From an uncultured virus (IMG/VR IMGVR_UViG_3300031951_000032) (taxonomy: Duplodnaviria > Heunggongvirae > Uroviricota > Caudoviricetes), in the IMG/VR virus record IMGVR_UViG_3300031951_000032: a stretch of 64,000 nt of DNA. One strand, written 5' to 3'. A program made the translations under genes and the position numbers. The notes beneath the pieces are model-generated. The model saw only the letters and a list, made by a program, of their open reading frames with translations, ran no database searches and had not been told where the DNA came from. This document shows, one piece after another, positions 1-7,524 of the stretch (position 1 is its first letter; every line of letters begins with the position of its first letter).

Positions 1-58
1 CCTACTAAATGTTGCGATATTCGCACTGCACCGCACTACACCTAGTAGCACCAGGCGC

Positions 59-87
59 TTGACAATGCCCACCCTGGCTGCTATAAT
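59..87 (+). promoter_or_regulatory. sigma70-type early promoter
   Basis: TTGACA (59-64), 17 bp spacer, TG-n-TATAAT (82-87). Confidence 0.85.
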
Positions 88-113
88 GCCGTTTTCAGTG
101 ACGGAGAACCACG

Positions 114-275
114 ATGACAAAATTGCAACTACTCAAGCAACAATTGCAGGATAAGCAAGACCTGGCACTGGTTGTCAGAAAAGAAATAACAGAACTGAAA
201 GAGGCTATCCGTGATGCCCGCCTGGCCGAAGCCTGTGGTTGTGAGATATGCCTTGCTGAACTTGCAACACTATAA
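114..275 (+). CDS. small hypothetical early protein (53 aa)
   Basis: GGAG SD, ATG at 114, open to TAA 275; follows promoter; below ORF-track cutoff. Confidence 0.65.
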   Translation: MTKLQLLKQQLQDKQDLALVVRKEITELKEAIRDARLAEACGCEICLAELATL

Positions 276-307
276 GCCGAGTTCAAATTTGAACTGCCAC
301 AAAGTGG

Positions 308-336
308 TTGACAAAGCCCGCCCATTCCGCCATAAT
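308..336 (+). promoter_or_regulatory. sigma70-type early promoter
   Basis: TTGACA-17-CATAAT; preceded by perfect 16-bp palindrome AGTTCAAATTTGAACT (280-295). Confidence 0.75.
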
Positions 337-551
337 CTAACCGTGATGAGATGATTTTGGAGATTGAGATGATTGCGATTTTGATACTGTGTGCTGTGAT
401 TGCTGTGTGGGGTGTTCTGGCTGCTGCACCTGGTGCTGTTACTACTCTGGGTTAATAAAATGGAAACGATTGAAATTGTGTTCTGTATAGCCGCTCTGGT
501 GGGTGGTGTGTATATTGTTATTGATGCAATGATTGATAGGGGTGAACTGTA

Positions 552-812
552 ATGAGAACGAAAACATTAGTTCCTGGCCTGAAAAATACCGATGAGGTAA
601 TGATCCGATTTTGTGATTTTGACCTGCGGGTGGGTATGACCGTAAAGCAAGCGTTAAGCGGTTTTGTGGGTATAAATGGGCTGGCAGTGGAAAAAGCATT
701 GAAGGCTCTAGGTGCTGCCAGGCGTGATCCTGGTGCTGCTGGAGTGGCTGCCGTGGGTCTAGCGGGATGCTGGAACGGCGTGGCACTGCAAGTTGATTAT
801 TACGCACCATAA
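552..812 (+). CDS. hypothetical protein
   Basis: ORF track; AGGGG SD; TAATG coupling to upstream small ORF. Confidence 0.6.
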   Translation: MRTKTLVPGLKNTDEVMIRFCDFDLRVGMTVKQALSGFVGINGLAVEKALKALGAARRDPGAAGVAAVGLAGCWNGVALQVDYYAP

Positions 813-827
813 TTGCCGAATAACTGG

Positions 828-856
828 TTGACAGACTTCCTGCACGGTGCTATAAT
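828..856 (+). promoter_or_regulatory. sigma70-type early promoter
   Basis: TTGACA-17-TATAAT with extended -10 TG. Confidence 0.85.
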
Positions 857-886
857 GCCTGTGTGGTGATTGAAAAGGAGATTGTG

Positions 887-1051
887 ATGTATGCCTGTGG
901 TGAGAGAAAATTCAAGACACTGAGAGCCGCTGTGGCTTTTGCCAAAAAAGAGTTTGTTCGGACTGGTGTGGTGTTAGGTATTGAGCCTGTGGTGGTGTTG
1001 AACAAAGAACCTGGCTATATTGCTTATCTTGCAAAAGGAATGACACTATGA
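887..1051 (+). CDS. hypothetical protein
   Basis: AAGGAG SD then ATG 887. Confidence 0.6.
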   Translation: MYACGERKFKTLRAAVAFAKKEFVRTGVVLGIEPVVVLNKEPGYIAYLAKGMTL

Positions 1052-1182
1052 TTATCCGCCGTGATACCATTAATGAGATTGCAACACTGCGATACCTTGG
1101 CTACCCTGTGTGGCGTATTGCTGCCCTGCTGAACATTGCCGTGGGTGATGTAGCAGAGGCCATCAAAACCTGGAGACTGTAA
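1048..1182 (+). CDS. tiny HTH-like protein (44 aa)
   Basis: MIIRRDTINEIATLRYLGYPVWRIAALLNIAVGDVAEAIKTWRL; ATGA/TAATG overlaps; helix-turn-helix pattern IA..L.I....V. Confidence 0.5.
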   Translation: MIIRRDTINEIATLRYLGYPVWRIAALLNIAVGDVAEAIKTWRL

Positions 1183-1355
1183 TGAAAGCACAATTCACTG
1201 AGGCCGATGTAGCCGAAGCCACTAAGGGCATGGGTGCTACACTGTGCAAACCACGTAAGGCCAAAAAGCCAGTATGCCGTGCAAAGGCCAGTAAAGGCTT
1301 TGTGAAGGGCAGCGGTGGCTTTGCTGCTGGGTACCCTGGAAAGGCCTTTGCATAA
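1182..1355 (+). CDS. small basic hypothetical protein (57 aa)
   Basis: GGAG SD, TAATG coupling at both ends. Confidence 0.6.
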   Translation: MKAQFTEADVAEATKGMGATLCKPRKAKKPVCRAKASKGFVKGSGGFAAGYPGKAFA

Positions 1356-1564
1356 TGAAAAAGGCACAATTCAGTGATGCTGAGGCAGTGGCGGCAGCCG
1401 ACGAATTCAGCACCTACATGGCCGCACGTACTGTGGTGGCAGGTGGAAAAAATGGTGATGTGACACTGTACGGTGAAAACCCCAATGTGCGTAAGCCGCC
1501 AGTGATTAATGTACATGATGAGGATGAGGATATCAATGGGCTATTACAAGAACTTAGTAATTGA
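1355..1564 (+). CDS. hypothetical protein
   Basis: ORF track; TAATG coupling. Confidence 0.6.
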   Translation: MKKAQFSDAEAVAAADEFSTYMAARTVVAGGKNGDVTLYGENPNVRKPPVINVHDEDEDINGLLQELSN

Positions 1565-1682
1565 GGTGCTGGAGTTGAATGACGCCGGCCTTGGTGTGAT
1601 GGCCATTGCCGACAGGCTAGGGCTTGCTGCTATCACTGTGGCTAATGTGCTGGAGATGTATGGGCGCCCTGAGGGTGCATGA
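1536..1682 (+). CDS. tiny HTH-like protein (48 aa)
   Basis: GAGGA SD; MGYYKNLVIEVLELNDAGLGVMAIADRLGLAAITVANVLEMYGRPEGA; IA.RLGL...TV pattern. Confidence 0.55.
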   Translation: MGYYKNLVIEVLELNDAGLGVMAIADRLGLAAITVANVLEMYGRPEGA

Positions 1683-1842
1683 CACTACAAGGCAGTATAT
1701 TGTGGTGTATAGGGTGAAAGTGATGAATGGTATAGAAAAAAGGGATTCCTTAAAGGAACATGCTATTTCAAAGCAACCTTATTGACAGTGAAATCGCCGA
1801 CCTGCCACTGAGTCGCACTAAAATTTTTTTTGGAGGTATATT

Positions 1843-2049
1843 ATGTACAAAACCCGACAAGCCACTGAACGCATTTTAGAACTCGTTGAGGATGGTCTGC
1901 TGGATCGTGACACCGTGATTATGGCGTGCCTCAAGTATATGTCCGAAGATGATGTGAAGGACATGGCACATGCCAATGAATTCTTTCTGGATGATGAAGA
2001 CGAAGACCTTGACGAAGACCTTGACGAAGACCTTGATGAGGATGAGTGA
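1843..2049 (+). CDS. hypothetical protein with acidic tail
   Basis: GGAGGT SD; ORF track. Confidence 0.75.
   Translation: MYKTRQATERILELVEDGLLDRDTVIMACLKYMSEDDVKDMAHANEFFLDDEDEDLDEDLDEDLDEDE
1999..2034 (+). repeat. 12-bp tandem repeat x3 (GACGAAGACCTT, encodes DEDL)
   Basis: three exact copies seen. Confidence 0.9.
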
Positions 2050-2309
2050 TGCCACTAACCCTTGAACTGCCCACCATTGAGGAAACACTGGATGCGGGTG
2101 AAGCGGTAATTGGTGAAGCAATTATCACACAACCGCTGCCACCGCTTCCCGCTGAGGTACCTTCTCTCCCGAACTATGGTGGTGAAATGCTGGTGCTGGC
2201 GGTGCTGGTGACCATTGTCTTTATGCTAATACGTGCTATGATGACACTACTCCCTTATGTGGTAAGTATTGTTGTCGGAGTTGCATTATTGAAATACTTT
2301 GTACTATGA
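2046..2309 (+). CDS. membrane protein, hypothetical
   Basis: ORF track; two C-terminal hydrophobic segments. Confidence 0.6.
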   Translation: MMPLTLELPTIEETLDAGEAVIGEAIITQPLPPLPAEVPSLPNYGGEMLVLAVLVTIVFMLIRAMMTLLPYVVSIVVGVALLKYFVL

Positions 2310-2432
2310 TAACAATACTTGCTGGAATACTAATCTTTCTCTTTGTGAATCTTTTGATAACACTCTGGCTTCGTTATCATAATGGTAACGATGGGTGGCT
2401 GGAGGTCTATCGTCGGAGTGGTGGTAAGGTGG

Positions 2433-2461
2433 TTGACAAAGGTCCTTGATTCGCTTATAAT
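2433..2461 (+). promoter_or_regulatory. sigma70-type early promoter
   Basis: TTGACA-17-TATAAT. Confidence 0.85.
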
Positions 2462-2491
2462 GGATGCATGTTGATTGATATGGAGAAGGTA

Positions 2492-2743
2492 ATGTTTACA
2501 CTATGGAAACATAACAGGAATTTCACTTCTACTGCATTATACGTAAATATCAAAAAAGAAACAGAGAAAGCCATTCAGTTTGAGGCTGCTGACAATCCGA
2601 AGTACACCTTCTGGTTCCCCAAGAAAGCGGTGAAGTTTGAGGAGAACGAAGGATCGGTGATGGCGACTATCGCTAATTGGTGTACTCCTGGTGAGTGGTA
2701 CTTCAAAGCAGCGGATCGTTATGCAAATTACTACAAACGGTAA
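2492..2743 (+). CDS. hypothetical protein
   Basis: GGAGAAGG SD before ATG 2492. Confidence 0.7.
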   Translation: MFTLWKHNRNFTSTALYVNIKKETEKAIQFEAADNPKYTFWFPKKAVKFEENEGSVMATIANWCTPGEWYFKAADRYANYYKR

Positions 2744-2746
2744 TGC

Positions 2747-2775
2747 TTGACAAAGTGGCGGAGTTCGGTTATACT
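2747..2775 (+). promoter_or_regulatory. sigma70-type early promoter
   Basis: TTGACA-17-TATACT. Confidence 0.8.
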
Positions 2776-2805
2776 GTAGTCTGTTGAGTGAGAAATGAGG
2801 TTATC

Positions 2806-3126
2806 ATGAAAGCAATATTCTTTACACAGGTCTATGAGAACTATGCGGTCCGTGAAGACGGTACGATTGGTACGGGTGCTGATGCTTACTTTAAGGCCAA
2901 GGGTGGTGATGAGTATGTCGTACTGAATGTGGACAAAACCCAAATGTCTCGTATACTGGCAGAGGTTCGTGCCAAGGTTGAGGTCTCAAATGATTACTTT
3001 AAGGAAACCGTGGTAGATTTTCAGTTGGTTGAGGATGACTACCTGACCGAGTATGAACGAAGTCAGTTGGAGTACGATGGTCGTGTCGTTTATTCACCGA
3101 AAGAACTTGAATTGGAGTTTGCATAA
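2806..3126 (+). CDS. hypothetical protein
   Basis: GAGGT SD, ATG 2806. Confidence 0.75.
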   Translation: MKAIFFTQVYENYAVREDGTIGTGADAYFKAKGGDEYVVLNVDKTQMSRILAEVRAKVEVSNDYFKETVVDFQLVEDDYLTEYERSQLEYDGRVVYSPKELELEFA

Positions 3127-3425
3127 TGTCTGATTTGGCTACTGCACTGATTGGTTTCAAAGATAACATTGTCCGTGACTATGAATCTCGGTTTGAGAAT
3201 CCAAACGGTGAACGATTTGGTATTGAATTTGAAGAGGGTTCAAAATACGTCAAGGTCGTGTCGGTGTCCTGGGGTTCACGGTCGGTTCACTCGTTCGTAG
3301 AGAAAGCAACCGGTAATATCTGGAAAGCCGCTTCATGGAAATCTCCCGCTCGGAACTTTGTGCGTGGTAATGTTTTTGATTCCGCCTCGTATACCAATCG
3401 CCTTTCGTGGACTGGTGTGGTATAA
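3126..3425 (+). CDS. conserved phage hypothetical protein
   Basis: KYVKVV...SVHSFV...G.IWKAASWK.PA motif common in T4-like phages. Confidence 0.75.
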   Translation: MSDLATALIGFKDNIVRDYESRFENPNGERFGIEFEEGSKYVKVVSVSWGSRSVHSFVEKATGNIWKAASWKSPARNFVRGNVFDSASYTNRLSWTGVV

Positions 3426-3670
3426 TGAGGGAATTCAAGTGGGAACGCTATGGTGACAAATACTATTACTATGATTCGCTGACAGGTAAGATTATCGGGT
3501 CAGTGAGCAAGATTGCACTCCAAGAAGTTTGGATTGCACTTGTCTATACAGGCGAATACTCCTTTACACTCCAGGATGAAAAACACCTGGGGCAGTATAT
3601 CAATTTAGAATTTGCAAAACGTGCGGCCGAATTCTTTTGGGAACGTGAAAGTCGCACACTACTGGAGTGA
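3425..3670 (+). CDS. hypothetical protein
   Basis: TAATG coupling; ORF track. Confidence 0.65.
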   Translation: MREFKWERYGDKYYYYDSLTGKIIGSVSKIALQEVWIALVYTGEYSFTLQDEKHLGQYINLEFAKRAAEFFWERESRTLLE

Positions 3671-3836
3671 ACTATGTTTAAATCGTTTAATGTAGCAAAA
3701 CTAAAAGCCGCTCTTACCTACCTGTGGATTGGTTTGATGATTCTCTGCCTCTTTGTGGGTAGAGTTGATTTGAGCATCTTTGCGGTGCTGATGCTGATTC
3801 TCATGGAACTGGAGAAACTGAACGGTAACTTGAAGA

Positions 3837-4250
3837 ATGCGTCCTGAACTGGATAAAGAACTCTGCGACCGCTTTCCCGAAATCATGGCCGAACGAAATA
3901 TGTCGGTCATGAATTCGTGCATGTCCTGGGGCTTTGAACATGATGACGGTTGGTATCATTTGCTGAATTCTGCCATGCGCCTCGTACAGTCGCATATTGA
4001 CATATCTAAGCGGCGTGGCGTAGAAGTACCACAAGTGGTGTTTGAGCAAGTCAAAGAGAAATTCGGTATGTTAAACATCTATCATCGTGGTGGTGATGAA
4101 TACACCGATGGTGTGCTACGCATGGCTGAAGAGATGAGCCGCCATACCTGTGAGGTTTGTGGTGACGTTGGACATCCAAATGATACAGGCTGGATTCGTA
4201 CACTCTGTATTGAACATCGGAATGAACACGAAGAGAGAATGAAATGTTAA
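3837..4250 (+). CDS. conserved phage hypothetical protein with C-terminal Zn ribbon
   Basis: QVKEKFG.L..Y and CEVCG...W.RTLC..H motifs. Confidence 0.75.
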   Translation: MRPELDKELCDRFPEIMAERNMSVMNSCMSWGFEHDDGWYHLLNSAMRLVQSHIDISKRRGVEVPQVVFEQVKEKFGMLNIYHRGGDEYTDGVLRMAEEMSRHTCEVCGDVGHPNDTGWIRTLCIEHRNEHEERMKC

Positions 4251-4575
4251 TGTTGTTAATCAATGTTGTTTTGGCTGGTTTGTTTTGGAGTGCCTGTACC
4301 ATAGCGGTTGACGAAGGCCGACCTGGTTGGGCATGGGCATATTTGTTTGTATCGGCTTGGAATGGTGCAGCGGCACTATCATCTATTTTTTGAGGAGAAG
4401 TAACATGGTCAAAGAAGCAATTTTGTTTTTCGTTTTCATGGTGTTTTTTATTGGTGCATTGTGTTTCACCTCAATCTATGAGGCTACGATGCGACAAGAG
4501 TGTAGAGAACTGGCCATGCAACAAAGATATTCGCCCGTAGAAATTCAAGTGATGTGTAAACTGTAAGGAAAAATC

Positions 4576-5019
4576 ATGGCTCAATGGATCATTCACCCTA
4601 GTTGGAAAAAGTCGCTGATTGAACGCCAGTATTATCATAAGGACAATAATACATTTATGACAGAAACGGGTTGGCGTTGGGGCTCGTTTGAAGTTGAAAC
4701 CGAAGATGAAAACGTACCAACGATCAGTGCCGGTGACAATCTGTGGGATTGTGGCTATGATGTTCAATTAATTGAAACATCTGATGGCTGTTGGGAAACT
4801 CACGACATGGATGATTGTGACGAAGAAACTCAACAATGGCTAGAAGAGTTTTTTGAAGATGACAATAGCTATTATGATTTAGAAGAACAAGAAGATTGGG
4901 TTCAAGGCGATTCTGAAATGATCATTGATTGTGATCCAGTCTTTGAGCGTGTTGATGGTCCCAATGCTGGTAAACGCTATGATGTTGACGGTAATGAAAT
5001 TGTGAAGGGTGCAGAATAA
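4576..5019 (+). CDS. acidic hypothetical protein
   Basis: AAGGA SD; ORF track. Confidence 0.75.
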   Translation: MAQWIIHPSWKKSLIERQYYHKDNNTFMTETGWRWGSFEVETEDENVPTISAGDNLWDCGYDVQLIETSDGCWETHDMDDCDEETQQWLEEFFEDDNSYYDLEEQEDWVQGDSEMIIDCDPVFERVDGPNAGKRYDVDGNEIVKGAE

Positions 5020-5294
5020 TGGTCACAATTGTAAAACATGAATGGCATCAAGTCGATGAGCAGTATCACATGGAACTTGGTGAAGATTTGCTGAGTGAAA
5101 TTTATCCTGATTTGGATGACGATGAACTTGAGGTAAAACTCAATCAAATTGAATCTGGTGAAATTGATATCACTGAAGTAATTAATGATGCATATCACAA
5201 TGATGTGGAACTTGAATGGGACCACCACTACAGTGATTGTTGGACTGCCCGCAAGGGTGGCTATGATGTTACCTATGAACTAGGGAATGATTGA
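5019..5294 (+). CDS. hypothetical protein
   Basis: TAATG coupling; ORF track. Confidence 0.7.
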   Translation: MVTIVKHEWHQVDEQYHMELGEDLLSEIYPDLDDDELEVKLNQIESGEIDITEVINDAYHNDVELEWDHHYSDCWTARKGGYDVTYELGND

Positions 5295-5662
5295 TGGGGT
5301 ACGGTAAACACTCAAATAGTTTTCAAGGCGACTATAAGCGTGTGCTGACAGTTTGTTCGGCCAACATGCTACGGTCGCCTACAATGGCACACATATTATC
5401 GGCTGAACCATATAACTTCAATACACGGTCGGCTGGCACGGAATCTTATGCATTGATTCCTGTCACGGAAGATTTGTTGTTGTGGGCTGATGAGGTCGTT
5501 TGTGCTGATACCGAACATGCATTATGGGTACGTGGTAAAATGATGGAGTGGGTGATAGACAAACCAATTATTGATTTGGAAATTCCGGATCATTTTGAGT
5601 ATCGTGATACCAAATTGATTAGACTTATCAAGGAGCGTTATGAACAACGAACTGCTGACTGA
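5291..5662 (+). CDS. low-molecular-weight protein-tyrosine-phosphatase-like protein
   Basis: VLTVCSANMLRS (CX5R P-loop), RSAGT, WAD and IPD motifs. Confidence 0.8.
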   Translation: MMGYGKHSNSFQGDYKRVLTVCSANMLRSPTMAHILSAEPYNFNTRSAGTESYALIPVTEDLLLWADEVVCADTEHALWVRGKMMEWVIDKPIIDLEIPDHFEYRDTKLIRLIKERYEQRTAD

Positions 5663-5870
5663 CATTGCCAGACAAACTGGTGGTTCATTTTTTGTGGATG
5701 TCTTCAAAACACACCAGGAAAGATATGCTCTCCAGTTGTTGTCAGAAGTATATCAAGTGTTTCAAAAACAGCAATTTGACGGATATGCAATAGACTTCTG
5801 GGATGACATTGTACAGCATTTCCAACTTGACAACACTGAGGTTGAAAAGTTGTCAAAAAGAAATGGTTGA
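5640..5870 (+). CDS. hypothetical protein
   Basis: AAGGAG SD; ORF track. Confidence 0.65.
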   Translation: MNNELLTDIARQTGGSFFVDVFKTHQERYALQLLSEVYQVFQKQQFDGYAIDFWDDIVQHFQLDNTEVEKLSKRNG

Positions 5871-5895
5871 CAGAGTATCGCAGTGCCGCTATAAT
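5867..5895 (+). promoter_or_regulatory. sigma70-type early promoter
   Basis: TTGACA-17-TATAAT. Confidence 0.85.
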
Positions 5896-5929
5896 TATAC
5901 CTGTTGATGATAATTATATGGAGGTTGTG

Positions 5930-6319
5930 ATGGCTTACGTATCTCAGGAATTGAAGTCTAAGTTGGCTCCGAAGATCAAGGCGATTTGCAAAAAGTATGG
6001 CGTCAAAGCCAGCCTTGCGGTTCGCAATCATTCTACGCTGGTGCTGAATGTAAAGGCTGGTAAAGTGGACTTTATCAATGATTTTGGTGATACTCCTGAA
6101 ACACGTGCCGATGCTGAGAAGTTCGGTATTCAGGTGAATCCTTATCACTACAAAAGTCACTTCAATGGCGATTCGTATTTCTTTCTGTCAGAAGTTATTC
6201 CCGCAATGAATGCTGGTAATTGGGATGAGTCTGATGCACAAGTTGACTACTTTAATGTCGGTTGGTATGTTGATGTGAATATCGGTAAGTGGAATCAACC
6301 TTACGAATTGGAGGCGTAA
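5930..6319 (+). CDS. conserved phage hypothetical protein
   Basis: GGAGGT SD, ATG 5930; D.SDAQVDYFNVGWY...IGKW motif. Confidence 0.75.
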   Translation: MAYVSQELKSKLAPKIKAICKKYGVKASLAVRNHSTLVLNVKAGKVDFINDFGDTPETRADAEKFGIQVNPYHYKSHFNGDSYFFLSEVIPAMNAGNWDESDAQVDYFNVGWYVDVNIGKWNQPYELEA

Positions 6320-6320
6320 T

Positions 6321-6488
6321 ATGGATCAGTTGGATAAAATGATTGCTTACGAAGCAGGTGAGTTGCATTTTGATGAAACAATTGAATTTTTTCAAGAGTT
6401 GATTGATTCAGGTCTGGTGTGGCATTTGCAAGGTTCGTATGGTCGTGCCGCACGTGCCTTAATTGATGAGGGTTGGTGCATACAATGA
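6321..6488 (+). CDS. small hypothetical protein (55 aa)
   Basis: GGAGG SD; MDQLDKMIAYEAGEL...LVWHLQGSYGRAA. Confidence 0.7.
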   Translation: MDQLDKMIAYEAGELHFDETIEFFQELIDSGLVWHLQGSYGRAARALIDEGWCIQ

Positions 6489-6871
6489 TGAGTGAAGCAA
6501 GAATCGTATCGAATCGTATTCGTACACCTGACGGTACGATTCTTGAATCCATGCACCGCCACGATTATGTAACTTACCTTGATGCAAATGGTAAAGAATA
6601 CATGGTTGATGGTGGATTAGATTATCTGCGCCGCAATGTACATGATGATGCACCATATGAGGAACTGTCGGTGTATGATGATGCACTACATGTGGAGATT
6701 CGTAATGTATTCAAATGGGGAACACGTGGTAAAGATGGTAAGCAACCGCTGAAATATGTGGTGCTAAAAGACTTGACAACGGAACACATTGAGGCTATAC
6801 TGGATACACAGTCACATATTAGTGACTACATCCGAAAAATATTTTTAAATGAATTAAGTATTCGGGAATAA
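6485..6871 (+). CDS. conserved phage hypothetical protein
   Basis: RIRTPDGTILES.HRHDY...VDGGLDYLRR; ATGA overlap. Confidence 0.75.
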   Translation: MMSEARIVSNRIRTPDGTILESMHRHDYVTYLDANGKEYMVDGGLDYLRRNVHDDAPYEELSVYDDALHVEIRNVFKWGTRGKDGKQPLKYVVLKDLTTEHIEAILDTQSHISDYIRKIFLNELSIRE

Positions 6872-6889
6872 AATTTTATATATAGTATT

Positions 6890-6985
6890 ATGAACAAACT
6901 AGCACACATTACGAAGGAATGCCCACAGTATCGCACATTTAGCGATAATGGTTCATGGGCGCCCGCATCGGAGGTTTGTGTATAG
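6890..6985 (+). CDS. putative attenuator leader peptide (31 aa, all 20 amino acids)
   Basis: MNKLAHITKECPQYRTFSDNGSWAPASEVCV*; 30 distinct codons of 31; 3' end overlaps antiterminator arm. Confidence 0.8.
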   Translation: MNKLAHITKECPQYRTFSDNGSWAPASEVCV

Positions 6986-7020
6986 ATTGTAGTTTAGTTC
7001 TAACTGTATACAAACCCCGA
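6968..7020 (+). promoter_or_regulatory. putative antiterminator hairpin
   Basis: TCGG-a-GGTTTGTGTATAG (6968-6985) pairs with CTGTATACAAACC-CCGA (7004-7020): 17 bp, 2 G-U pairs, one bulge. Confidence 0.75.
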
Positions 7021-7045
7021 AGTCCAAAAGATTTCGGGGTTTTTT
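7012..7045 (+). terminator. intrinsic terminator (attenuator)
   Basis: AAACCCCGAAGTC-CAAAA-GATTTCGGGGTTTTTT. Confidence 0.9.
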
Positions 7046-7053
7046 GTTTTTAT

Positions 7054-7132
7054 CTGGGTGTATTGTCAGCCTGGTCAGACGGCTCGCCTTGGAAGTGAGA
7101 GGACGCAGGTTCAAATCCTGCCACCCAGACCA
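7054..7132 (+). tRNA. tRNA-Pro(UGG)
   Basis: cloverleaf, CTCGC-CTTGGAA-GTGAG anticodon arm, encoded CCA. Confidence 0.95.
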
Positions 7133-7179
7133 AGTTGCTAAAGTAATAATGTTGTAGAAAAACAACGGCAAAAAAGTAG

Positions 7180-7208
7180 TTGACAGAGTTTCGGATTTTC
7201 ACTATAAT
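7180..7208 (+). promoter_or_regulatory. sigma70-type promoter for main tRNA array
   Basis: TTGACA-17-TATAAT; upstream imperfect palindrome TGTTGTAGAAAAACAACG (7150-7167). Confidence 0.85.
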
Positions 7209-7338
7209 AGATTCTGTTGAGTTGATTGAGAAAAAAAACAGAAGTGAGCGTTCTGTCTCTGAAAAGAGTTTAGCAAGGGTTTGATACGGTAATGCCTTCG
7301 GTATCATGTAACAGGCCTGTCCTTGTTAGTTCTTGAAT

Positions 7339-7350
7339 TGTTCTTTAAAA
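7339..7350 (+). promoter_or_regulatory. rrn-like boxA antitermination element
   Basis: TGTTCTTTAAAA versus boxA TGCTCTTTAACA; 12 nt before tRNA-Glu. Confidence 0.7.
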
Positions 7351-7362
7351 AATTTGTGAGAT

Positions 7363-7437
7363 GCACCCATCGTCTAGTGGTCAGGACATTGCCCTTTCAC
7401 GGCAGTAACACCGGTTCGAATCCGGTTGGGTGTACCA
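7363..7437 (+). tRNA. tRNA-Glu(UUC)
   Basis: cloverleaf, anticodon TTC, CCA. Confidence 0.95.
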
Positions 7438-7447
7438 GTTATATTAT

Positions 7448-7524
7448 GGGTGTGTAACTCAGTTGGCTAGAGTATCAGACTTTTAATCTGAGAGTCGTGG
7501 GTTCGAATCCCACCGCACCTACCA
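7448..7524 (+). tRNA. tRNA-Lys(UUU)
   Basis: cloverleaf, anticodon TTT, CCA. Confidence 0.95.

Noticed and set aside
1782..1812. TTGACA at about 1782 as a promoter
   Set aside because: No acceptable -10 hexamer 16-18 nt downstream
7246..7270. CTGAAAAGAG as a hammerhead ribozyme core
   Set aside because: Lacks CUGANGA and the matching GAAA/NUH layout; a simple GAAA-loop hairpin fits better
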